Source: Candidatus Solibacter sp. (GTDB lineage: Bacteria; Acidobacteriota; Terriglobia; Bryobacterales; Bryobacteraceae). From it: 64,000 bases of DNA. The DNA lies in NCBI GenBank assembly GCA_025463045.1, contig JAOAPT010000050.1, forward strand, positions 3,408 through 67,407. Reading direction: 5' to 3'. Shown here one piece after another: positions 1 to 9,809 of this stretch (positions are counted from its first letter, which is position 1; each line of letters starts with the position of its first letter). The translations under genes were made by a program, and so were the position numbers. The notes below the pieces were generated by a model that did not search any database, had not been told where the DNA came from, and worked only from the letters and a program-made list of their open reading frames with translations.

Positions 1-138
1 GCCGGCGCATTTGGTGCGCTCTGTGAAACGTCTGGTCAATCGTGCCGTGCGCAAACCTCCGGCCTCGCAAAAAGGGCGCATTTCGCAGACCCAGGCGTTT
101 GGCAGCTAAAATCAGCTAAAATCTGTCACACTGGTCTG

Positions 139-1971
139 GTGGTGCTTTTCCATCCCCAAAGAATCATTACCGCCTTTCTGCTGGCTGCCGCGGCCGTTTA
201 CGCCGCACCGGCGCGTTCCAGCGCTCCCCATAAGGTTCCGGCCCCCAAATCCGCCTCGCTGAAGGCCTCCCCCACTGTCAGGCGGTGGATGAAAACCATG
301 ACACTGCGCGACGAAGTCGCGCAGCTTGTTTTCGTCTCCTTTCACGGCGCCGCTCCCAATTCGCGCTCCCGCGAATATCGCAATTTCCTGCACCAGATCC
401 GCGACAATAAAGTCGGCGGACTCATCCTCGTCAACTGGTCGAATGGGCGCGTAATTCAGAAGGCCGAGCCGTACGCCGTCGCGGCGTTTCTCAATCGCAT
501 GCAGCGCATCGCCAAGACGCCCTTGATGGTGAGCGGAGATTTTGAACGCGGCGCTTCCATGCGCGTCGATGGCACCACCGTCTTCCCGCACGCGATGGCC
601 TTCGGCGCCGCCGGCGATCCCGCGTACTCCCGCTACGAAGGCGAAGTCACCGCGCGCGAAGCTCGTGCTCTCGGCGTGCAGTGGATTTACTATCCCGTCG
701 CCGACGTCAACAACAATCCCGATAACCCCATCATCAATATCCGCTCGTTCGGGGAGAATCCCGAAGCGGTCGCCGCCCTGGTCACCGCGTTCATCCAGGG
801 CACCCACGCCGACAAGAAAAATTACGCGCTCTCCACCGTGAAGCATTTCCCCGGCCACGGCGACACCGCTGTCGATAGCCACATGAACATGCCCACCATC
901 ACGGTGGATCGCGATCGTCTCAACCACATCGAGCTCGTCCCCTTCAAAGCCGCGATCGATGCCGGTGTCGATTCGGTCATGACCGCGCACATCGCCGTCC
1001 CCGCGCTTTCGCCGCCCGACCTGCCCTCCACGCTTTCCTCCGCCATCCTCACCGATCTCCTGAAGAAGGATCTCGGCTTCAAAGGCATCGTCGTCACCGA
1101 CGCACTCGAAATGGCGGGCATCGCCAAGGGCTTCAGCAGTGGAGATGCTGCGGTCCGCGCGCTCGAAGCCGGAGCCGACGTCCTCCTCATGCCCACCGAC
1201 CCCGACGCGGTCATCAAAGCCGTAACCGCCGCCGTGCAGAGCGGCCGGATCAGCCGCCAGCGCCTCCAGGAGAGCGTAATCAAAATTCTCGCCGCCAAAG
1301 AAAAAGTCGGCCTCGACAAAAAACGCTTCGCCGATCTCGAAGCCATCGGCGACATCGTCGACTCTCCCGAAGCCAATGAGAAAGCGCAGGAGATCGCCGA
1401 TCACGCCGTGACCCTCGTCCGCAACACCGGCAACATGGTTCCCCTCGCCGCACCCGAAAAAGCCTGCTACGTCATCATGCCCGAGAGCCGCTTCAGCTCC
1501 GAAGGCCAGGCCTTCACGCAGGAGCTCCGCAAGACCGTGGCGCGCGCCAGCTTCGTGACTTGGGATCCGACCCTGTCGCGCCAGCAGCTCGATGAGGCCG
1601 CAGCCAAACTCACCGCCTGCGACAGTTATGTCGTAGCCGCTTTCACCTCCGTCGGCGCCTATCGCGGCACCGTCGGGATGCTCGGCGGCGAACTACCGCA
1701 CGCTCTCGAAGGCTTGATGGCCTCCGGCAAACCCGTAGCGCTGATCGCCCTCGGCAATCCTTACGTGCTCCGCAATTTCGGCAACGTGACTTCGTACCTC
1801 GCGACTTTCAGCAACGTAGCCCCGTGCGAAATCGCCGCCGCCCGTGCCGTCCTCGGCCAGATCGCCATTCGCGGACATCTGCCCGTCACGATTCCCGGTC
1901 AGGCAAAATACGGCGAAGGGATTCAGGTGCCCGCGGCGCATCCGCTTCGCATAACCGGCGCCTCACAGTAG
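139..1971 (+). CDS. Glycoside hydrolase family 3 protein (NagZ/beta-hexosaminidase-like, secreted)
   Basis: 610-aa ORF with an N-terminal signal-like hydrophobic segment. GH3 signatures KHFPGHGDTAVDSH and VVTDALEMAG. GTG start, so the 5' end is uncertain. Confidence 0.85.
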   Translation: MVLFHPQRIITAFLLAAAAVYAAPARSSAPHKVPAPKSASLKASPTVRRWMKTMTLRDEVAQLVFVSFHGAAPNSRSREYRNFLHQIRDNKVGGLILVNWSNGRVIQKAEPYAVAAFLNRMQRIAKTPLMVSGDFERGASMRVDGTTVFPHAMAFGAAGDPAYSRYEGEVTAREARALGVQWIYYPVADVNNNPDNPIINIRSFGENPEAVAALVTAFIQGTHADKKNYALSTVKHFPGHGDTAVDSHMNMPTITVDRDRLNHIELVPFKAAIDAGVDSVMTAHIAVPALSPPDLPSTLSSAILTDLLKKDLGFKGIVVTDALEMAGIAKGFSSGDAAVRALEAGADVLLMPTDPDAVIKAVTAAVQSGRISRQRLQESVIKILAAKEKVGLDKKRFADLEAIGDIVDSPEANEKAQEIADHAVTLVRNTGNMVPLAAPEKACYVIMPESRFSSEGQAFTQELRKTVARASFVTWDPTLSRQQLDEAAAKLTACDSYVVAAFTSVGAYRGTVGMLGGELPHALEGLMASGKPVALIALGNPYVLRNFGNVTSYLATFSNVAPCEIAAARAVLGQIAIRGHLPVTIPGQAKYGEGIQVPAAHPLRITGASQ

Positions 1972-1993
1972 CGCGGTACAATACTCCGTTAAG

Positions 1994-2548
1994 ATGAATT
2001 TTTCTCTTCCTCCCCCCGGCACGGAGGCGCTTCTGCTGGCGGTTGTCCTCGGAGCTGCGGTCTACGATGTGCGCTACAGGCGAATCCCGAACTGGTTGAA
2101 TGTCACTGGTGTTCTGGCCGGCATCGCCATGAATACTTTCCTTTATCAGGGACTGCCCGGCCTGATCTTTTCACTCAAGGGACTCTTCCTCGCATTTTTC
2201 GTCTACGTCGTGTTGTACGCGCTGCATGCCATGGGCGCGGGCGACGTCAAGCTCATGGCCGCGGTCGGCGCCATCGTCGGTTGGGAGAACTGGTTCGGCA
2301 TCTTCCTCGTCACCGCGGTGGTCGGCGGCATCATGTCGCTCATCCTCGTGGCATCGCGCGGACGTCTCAGAAAAACGCTCTTCAATGTCGGGTTCATTCT
2401 CAGTGAAATGAAGAGCGGCCGTCCCGCCTACCTCTCGAACGAAGAGCTCGACGTCAAAAGCGACAAGGCCACCCGCCTTCCGCATGGCGCCACAATCGCG
2501 GTAGGCTCATTATTCTTTCTGGCGCTCAGCGCCCACTACTACAGGTAA
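1994..2548 (+). CDS. A24-family prepilin peptidase (CpaA/TadV-like)
   Basis: 184-aa polytopic membrane ORF. GAGDVKLMAAVGA motif is typical of the catalytic Asp region of type IV prepilin peptidases. ATG lies 22 nt after the upstream stop. Confidence 0.7.
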   Translation: MNFSLPPPGTEALLLAVVLGAAVYDVRYRRIPNWLNVTGVLAGIAMNTFLYQGLPGLIFSLKGLFLAFFVYVVLYALHAMGAGDVKLMAAVGAIVGWENWFGIFLVTAVVGGIMSLILVASRGRLRKTLFNVGFILSEMKSGRPAYLSNEELDVKSDKATRLPHGATIAVGSLFFLALSAHYYR

Positions 2549-2560
2549 ATCGGAGACTCC

Positions 2561-3580
2561 ATGAGGGCGGCATTTTTCGAAGGCAATCGGACCCTGCGCG
2601 TCGGCGAGTGCGCGGAGATCGCTCCCGGCCCGGGCCAGGTGCAGATCAAGGTGGAATACTGCGGCATCTGCGGCACCGACCTTCACCTGTTCCACGGTGC
2701 CATGGCACATCGCTTGACCCTGCCCCACGTCATGGGGCACGAGATGTCGGGCACTCTCGCCGCCGTCGGACCAGGTGTCGAAGGCTGGCATGCCGGCGAT
2801 CGCGTCACCGTCCGCCCGCTCGACCCTTGCGGCCATTGCCCCGCCTGCAAGTCCGGCCACAGCCACATCTGCCACAACCTCAAGTTCATCGGCATCGACA
2901 CCCCCGGCGCGCTTCAGGGATTGTGGACCGTGCCCGCCCATACCCTCCACCGCCTTCCCGATTCGCTTTCCCTCCGCGATGCCGCGCTCGTCGAACCGAT
3001 CGCCGTCGCCTGCCACGACGTGCGCATGAGCGAATTGAACATGAACGAGTACGCCGTCGTCATTGGCGGCGGACCCATCGGTATCCTGATCGCCCGTGTT
3101 GCCCTTGCCCGCGGCGCGCGTGTTCTGTTGGCGGAAGTCAATCCGTTCCGCCTCCAGTTGGCTCGCGAACTCGGCATCGAGGTCGTCAATCCGGTCGAAG
3201 TCGATGTTCCCGCCCTCGTAAATCAACAAACCGGCGGCGCTGGCGCGGACGTTGTCTTCGAAGTCTCGGGCTCCGCCGCCGGATGTGAAATGATGACCAA
3301 ATTGCCGCGCACCCGCGGTCGTATCGTGGTCGTCGCTATCTATCCAGAGCCGCCCAAGGTCGATCTCTTCCGCTTCTTCTGGCGCGAACTCAAACTCATC
3401 GGCGCCCGCGTCTACGAACCCGAGGATTTCGAAAAAGCCATCCACATCGCCGCCTCCGGCCACCTCCCGATCGACCGCCTGATCACCGAGGTGCTGCCCC
3501 TCGATCGTTTGGAGGACGCCATGCACCGCATGGAGCGCGGCGGCGATTGCATGAAGATTCTCGTAAGCTGCACGGATTGA
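2561..3580 (+). CDS. Zn-dependent alcohol/polyol dehydrogenase (MDR superfamily)
   Basis: GICGTDLH...GHE catalytic-Zn motif, structural-Zn cluster CGHCPACKSGHSHIC, and Rossmann VIGGGPIG. GGAG lies 6 nt upstream of the ATG. Confidence 0.85.
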   Translation: MRAAFFEGNRTLRVGECAEIAPGPGQVQIKVEYCGICGTDLHLFHGAMAHRLTLPHVMGHEMSGTLAAVGPGVEGWHAGDRVTVRPLDPCGHCPACKSGHSHICHNLKFIGIDTPGALQGLWTVPAHTLHRLPDSLSLRDAALVEPIAVACHDVRMSELNMNEYAVVIGGGPIGILIARVALARGARVLLAEVNPFRLQLARELGIEVVNPVEVDVPALVNQQTGGAGADVVFEVSGSAAGCEMMTKLPRTRGRIVVVAIYPEPPKVDLFRFFWRELKLIGARVYEPEDFEKAIHIAASGHLPIDRLITEVLPLDRLEDAMHRMERGGDCMKILVSCTD

Positions 3581-3584
3581 CAAC

Positions 3585-4355
3585 GTGACCATACTCGACA
3601 AGTTCAAGCTCACCGGCAAGACTGCACTCGTCACCGGCGCTCGTCGCGGCATTGGTAAGGCGATGGCGGTAGCCCTCGCGCAGGCAGGCGCGGATATCGT
3701 CGCCACCAGCGCGGGCATCGAATCCGAAGGCAGCGACGTTGCCGGCGAAGTCACCGCCCTCGGGCGCAAGTGCTGGACCTTTCCCTGCGATCTCGGCGAT
3801 CGCCCGGCAGTCTACGCCTTCATCCAAAAAGTGAAGAGCGAGTGCCCGCCCATCGATATCCTCGTCAACAACGGCGGTACGATTCTGCGCAAGCCCGCCG
3901 CCGAACATCCCGACGAATTCTGGGACAAGGTCATCGAAATCGATCTCAACGCGCAGTTCGTTCTCTCGCGTGAATTCGGCCGCGACATGCTCGACCGCGG
4001 CGCCGGCAAGATCGTCTTCACCGCCTCGCTGCTTAGCTTCCAGGGTGGCATCACCGTCCCCGGCTACGCCGCTGCCAAAGGCGGTGTCGCCCAATTGACC
4101 AAGGCGCTCGCCAACGAATGGGCCGGCAAAAACGTGCAGGTCAACGCCATCGCTCCGGGCTACATATCCACCGATAACACCACCGCCCTGCGCGCCGACG
4201 CCGTCCGCAATACCGCCATCCTCGCCCGCATCCCCGCCGGACGCTGGGGCGACGCCGAAGATCTCGCGGGCGCCGTCGTCTTCCTCGCTTCACCCGCTTC
4301 CGATTACGTCAGTGGCACAGTCCTCACCGTCGACGGCGGCTGGATGGGCAGATGA
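3585..4355 (+). CDS. Short-chain dehydrogenase/reductase, 2-deoxy-D-gluconate 3-dehydrogenase (KduD)-like
   Basis: TGARRGIG cofactor motif, NNGG, and catalytic YAAAKGG (YxxxK). GTG start 4 nt after the upstream stop. Confidence 0.8.
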   Translation: MTILDKFKLTGKTALVTGARRGIGKAMAVALAQAGADIVATSAGIESEGSDVAGEVTALGRKCWTFPCDLGDRPAVYAFIQKVKSECPPIDILVNNGGTILRKPAAEHPDEFWDKVIEIDLNAQFVLSREFGRDMLDRGAGKIVFTASLLSFQGGITVPGYAAAKGGVAQLTKALANEWAGKNVQVNAIAPGYISTDNTTALRADAVRNTAILARIPAGRWGDAEDLAGAVVFLASPASDYVSGTVLTVDGGWMGR

Positions 4356-4424
4356 TGAGCAGATGATGAGCAGATGATGGGCAGATGATGGCAAGATGAG
4401 GAGAAGATGAGGAGAAGATAAGGA
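4348..4424. repeat. Seven tandem copies of an 11-bp purine-rich unit
   Basis: The units read GCAGATGATGA, GCAGATGATGA, GCAGATGATGG, GCAGATGATGG, CAAGATGAGGA, GAAGATGAGGA, GAAGATAAGGA. The array spans the SDR stop codon (4353-4355) and ends in the Shine-Dalgarno sequence of the 4431 gene. Confidence 0.9.
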
Positions 4425-4430
4425 GAGAAA

Positions 4431-5273
4431 ATGAACATCAAACTTCTGCAGGACACGCCGCCATGGGATTGGCCCGAAAACGCCGGCAAGATTTTCAAGA
4501 AGACGCTGCTCGATCCCCGCGCCAGTGAATCCGACCGCGTCGCCGCCGCCGAACTCGCCGGATCCATCGTCGCTATCGACGACGATCTCGCCGCCGCCCT
4601 CCTGACCACCATCTCCAACGACGCCGACCCCGTGGCCTTGCGCGCACAAGCCGCCATCTCCCTCGGCCCCGCTCTCGAACAAGGGAGCATCACCGAGTTC
4701 GATGACCCCGAAGACGTGCCCATCTCTAAGGAAATGTTCGACCGAATCCAGGACACTCTTCAGAAACTCTACGCCGACGAAGCCTTCCCCAAGGAAGTCC
4801 GCCGACGCATTTTCGAAGCCTCCGTCCGCGATCCCCGCGACTGGCACAACGACGCGATCCTTGCCGCCTACAACTCCGGCGACCCTGAGTGGATGCTCAC
4901 CGCCGTCTTCGCCATGGGCTACGTGCGCGGCTTCGAAACGCAGATCCTCGAGGCCCTGAAGAGCCCCGACCCACTGATCCACTTCGAAGCCGTCGACGCC
5001 GCCGGCACGTGGGAAATCGACGCTGCCTACGATCACGTGCTCTCGCTCGTCAACGATCCTGCCACGCCTAAGCCGCTGATCTTCGCAGCCATTGAGGCCG
5101 TCGCCGGCATCCGCCCGAAGGACGCCGGTCAGGCCCTGCTCGATCGCATGGACGACGCCGACGAAGAAATCGAAGAGGCTGCCAACGACGCCGTAGCCAT
5201 GGCCTCCGGCGCTGACGACACCTGGGACGAGGACGACGAAGAAGAGCCCGAGGGCAAGGACTGGGTTAACTAA
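4431..5273 (+). CDS. HEAT/ARM-like repeat protein with acidic C-terminal tail
   Basis: 280-aa ORF with AAGGAGAG 3 nt upstream of the ATG. Repeated helical LxxxLxDxDPxVRxxA-like segments, and a C-terminus rich in D/E (WDEDDEEEPEG). No catalytic motif recognised. Confidence 0.5.
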   Translation: MNIKLLQDTPPWDWPENAGKIFKKTLLDPRASESDRVAAAELAGSIVAIDDDLAAALLTTISNDADPVALRAQAAISLGPALEQGSITEFDDPEDVPISKEMFDRIQDTLQKLYADEAFPKEVRRRIFEASVRDPRDWHNDAILAAYNSGDPEWMLTAVFAMGYVRGFETQILEALKSPDPLIHFEAVDAAGTWEIDAAYDHVLSLVNDPATPKPLIFAAIEAVAGIRPKDAGQALLDRMDDADEEIEEAANDAVAMASGADDTWDEDDEEEPEGKDWVN

Positions 5274-5311
5274 TTACCCGAGCCCCGCGAACGGAAACTC
5301 CGGCGCGCCGC

Positions 5312-6050
5312 TCACTCCACTTCCACAATCATCATCGAGTGATCGGATACTCCGGCGTCCCGTTCCGCGTGCGAGTAGCGGCACGACGTGATATGTAGTC
5401 CCAGCCTCGGCGTAGCGAAGGCATGGTCGAGCCGGAATCCATTCCGGCGCACGCCGCCCTTGACCTTCGAGTACCACGTCCATTCCGTCTCGCCCGCATT
5501 TGACGCCGCCACATATCGATCCAGCCCATCCCTGACAGCCTCCCGAACTGCTCGGTGCACACGAACGTCTTGCCCGCTTCATCCAGCAGGTGCGCGCCCG
5601 TATTCCAGTCGCCGATGAACAGGAACGGCTCGTCGAGACGGGCCTTCGCGGCTTCGAGAACGGCGTCCCAGAATCGAGTCTTCGCTACCGTTGCGGGAGA
5701 CTTCGCGCCGGACGCGGCAGCCATAATGTGAAGCACGCCGATGCCGAAGCCATACTCGGGCAGCTCGATATCCAACCAGCGGACAAGACTGTCGGCAGGT
5801 GCGAACTCGGTCCGCGTACGCAACATCGGCGTTCGCGAGAAGACTGCGATTCCATTCTGGTTGCCGGTCGGATTTGTATTTTCGAAATACGCGAAGCCCC
5901 GCTCTTGCAGAGCCGCGGAGAGGACAATGCCGGGAACGGTGCGGTACTCGGTCACCGCCACCACGTCCGCGTCGTATGCCGAGATTTCTTCAACGATGCG
6001 TGGCAGTCTTCGGCCGCCGCCTTGCTGAATATTCCAGCAGAGAAGCCGCA

Positions 6051-6051
<1 letters not shown>
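5312..6051 (-). pseudogene. Endonuclease/exonuclease/phosphatase (EEP) family gene interrupted by a frameshift
   Basis: The N-terminal 180 aa (MRLLCWNIQQGG...FIGDWNTG...GWIDMWR) lie in one frame. The C-terminal part (NAGETEWTWYS...FRLDHAF...SDHSMMIVEVE) lies in another. The frames switch near 5500-5510. The ATG at 6049-6051 overlaps the upstream TAA (TAATG). Confidence 0.75.
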
Positions 6052-7997
<1,946 letters not shown>

Positions 7998-8011
7998 GCG
8001 GTCTGATCGTA

Positions 8012-8050
8012 GCAAACTAAAAGAAGGCAAACTAAAAGGCAAACTAAACT
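8012..8050. promoter_or_regulatory. Three direct repeats GCAAACTAAA(AG/CT) in the 59-bp divergent intergenic region
   Basis: GCAAACTAAAAG at 8012-8023 and 8027-8038, and GCAAACTAAACT at 8039-8050. AT-rich, lying between the divergent dehydratase (start 7997) and the DinB-like gene (start 8057). Confidence 0.6.
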
Positions 8051-8056
8051 AAAGAG

Positions 8057-8527
8057 ATGCCCAACTCGGACCCCTTACGCCAACACCTGATCGAACTCCT
8101 GCGCATGAAGGGCGCGCACGCCGATTTCGACGAGACCGTCAATGGATTCCCCGCCGAGCTCCGCGGCAGGAAAATCCCCGGCGCGCCGCACACCGCCTGG
8201 CAGCTCCTCGAGCACCTCCGCATCGCGCAGGAGGACATTCTCGATTTCACCCGCAATCCCGATTACAAAGAGAAGAAGTGGCCCGCCGATTATTGGCCCG
8301 CCGCCGAAGCCCCGCCTGACGATGCCGCCTGGGACAAATCCGTCGCCCAATTCCGCAAAGACCTCAAGGCCATCGAGAAGCTCATCTCCGATCCCGCCCA
8401 CGACCTCTTCGCCCGCATCCCTCACGGCACCGGACAGACGCTCCTCCGCGAAGCCCTGCTCGTCGCCGACCACAACGCCTATCACATCGGCCAGCTCATG
8501 TTCGTCCGCCGCACGCTGGAACACTGA
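8057..8527 (+). CDS. DinB-superfamily protein
   Basis: 156 aa with His-containing helical motifs (LLEHLRIAQEDIL, DHNAYHIGQL) typical of DinB/YfiT-like four-helix bundles. Confidence 0.7.
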   Translation: MPNSDPLRQHLIELLRMKGAHADFDETVNGFPAELRGRKIPGAPHTAWQLLEHLRIAQEDILDFTRNPDYKEKKWPADYWPAAEAPPDDAAWDKSVAQFRKDLKAIEKLISDPAHDLFARIPHGTGQTLLREALLVADHNAYHIGQLMFVRRTLEH

Positions 8528-8535
8528 GCCCCCGC

Positions 8536-8967
8536 CTACGTCTCCGCCCCCAACTTATCGAAGAATCGCTTAATCAACATCTTCGCCGTCGTCTCCACCA
8601 GCCGCTGTCCCACCGACGCGATCGTGCCGCCCACCTGCACGTCGCCATCGTATTGCACGTTACTCCCCGCGCCCGATGGCGAGATCGTCAGCAGCCCGCT
8701 GCCTTTCATAAACCCGATCTTCCCCGCGCCCTCCACCGCCAGCCGGAACTGCGTCGGAGCCTGCGATTCCGTAATCCGCACCTTCCCATCGAACTTCCCG
8801 GAAATCGCCGCCAGCGCCATCTTCATCTGCATCGCGTATTCGCCGTCGCCGGTCTTCGTCAGACTCTCGCAGCCCGGCATACACCGGCACAACACCGCCG
8901 GATCCTGCAGCAGCTCGAACGCTCTCTCCGGCACGAACGGCACCGCATACGTCCCGCCGATCTTCAC
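8536..8967 (-). CDS. coxG: CoxG-like SRPBCC protein (carbon monoxide dehydrogenase subunit G family)
   Basis: 143 aa with a CoxG-like N-terminus (KIGGTYAVPFVPERAFELLQDPAVLCRCMPGCESL). The GTG start overlaps the coxM stop (GTGA). Confidence 0.8.
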   Translation of the reverse strand: MKIGGTYAVPFVPERAFELLQDPAVLCRCMPGCESLTKTGDGEYAMQMKMALAAISGKFDGKVRITESQAPTQFRLAVEGAGKIGFMKGSGLLTISPSGAGSNVQYDGDVQVGGTIASVGQRLVETTAKMLIKRFFDKLGAET

Positions 8968-9809
8968 AGCGCCCTCGTCAGCGCCGCCGCGATCGCGCGA
9001 CCCGCGTGCACCCGCGCCAGATGCCGCCGGTACTCGCCGCTCGCGTACAAATCGGAGTTCGTCTCTTCGCCCTCCCCGACCACCGCCGCAGCCGCCGCCG
9101 CGCCCGCGCCGCCTTCCAGCAGCGCCTCCGCATTCCTCGCGCGAAACGCGTGCGGCCCCATGCCCGTCACTCCGATCCGCGCCATCGCGATTCCCGCGCC
9201 CGACTTCTTCACCCGCACCGCCACCCCCACCACCGGGAATCCCGACGCCGGGTGCGCCACCTTCTCATACTTGAATCCCTCGCTAGCCTCCTCTTCCTTC
9301 ACCTCGATCGCCACCACGATCTCGCCCGCCTCCATCGCCGTCGTAAACGCGTCGACGAAGAATTCGCTAGCCTCCACCGTCCGCTCTCCATTCGCCGACC
9401 GCAGCCGTATCCGCGCCTCCAGCGCCACCAGCGCCGCCGGATAGTCCGCAGCCGGATCGGCATGCGCCACACTCCCGCCAATCGTCCCCATATTGCGCAC
9501 CTGTATGTCGCCGATCGCCGACGCCGCCTCCCCCAGCAGCGGACACTTCCCGCGAATCACCGGCGAGATCTCGATCTCGTGATGCGTCGCCATCGCCCCG
9601 ATCCGCACCGCGCCGCCCTCTTCCGTGATCGCTTTCAGCCCCGGAATCCGCCGCAGATCGACCACGCTCTCGGGCGACGCCAGCCGCAGCTTCATCAGCG
9701 GAATCAAACTCATCCCCCCGGCGAGAATCTTTCCGCCGCCATCCTCCAGCATCGCGAGCGCCTCCTCGAGCGTCTCCGGCGTGTGATAACTGAACGCGTT
9801 CGAAATCAT
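8964..9809 (-). CDS. coxM: Molybdo-flavoprotein dehydrogenase medium (FAD-binding) subunit, CoxM-like
   Basis: MISNAFSYHTPETLEEALAML..ILAGGMSLIPLMKLRLA FAD-binding (CO dehydrogenase flavoprotein) pattern. The ATG at 9807-9809 overlaps the coxL TGA (ATGA). The upstream part of the 407-aa ORF lies inside coxL and is rejected. Confidence 0.88.
   Translation of the reverse strand: MISNAFSYHTPETLEEALAMLEDGGGKILAGGMSLIPLMKLRLASPESVVDLRRIPGLKAITEEGGAVRIGAMATHHEIEISPVIRGKCPLLGEAASAIGDIQVRNMGTIGGSVAHADPAADYPAALVALEARIRLRSANGERTVEASEFFVDAFTTAMEAGEIVVAIEVKEEEASEGFKYEKVAHPASGFPVVGVAVRVKKSGAGIAMARIGVTGMGPHAFRARNAEALLEGGAGAAAAAAVVGEGEETNSDLYASGEYRRHLARVHAGRAIAAALTRAL

Noticed and set aside
103-122. Tandem CAGCTAAAAT x2 upstream of the GH3 gene, as duplicated -10 boxes.
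   Set aside because: There are only two copies and no convincing -35 at proper spacing. The window edge prevents seeing the context.
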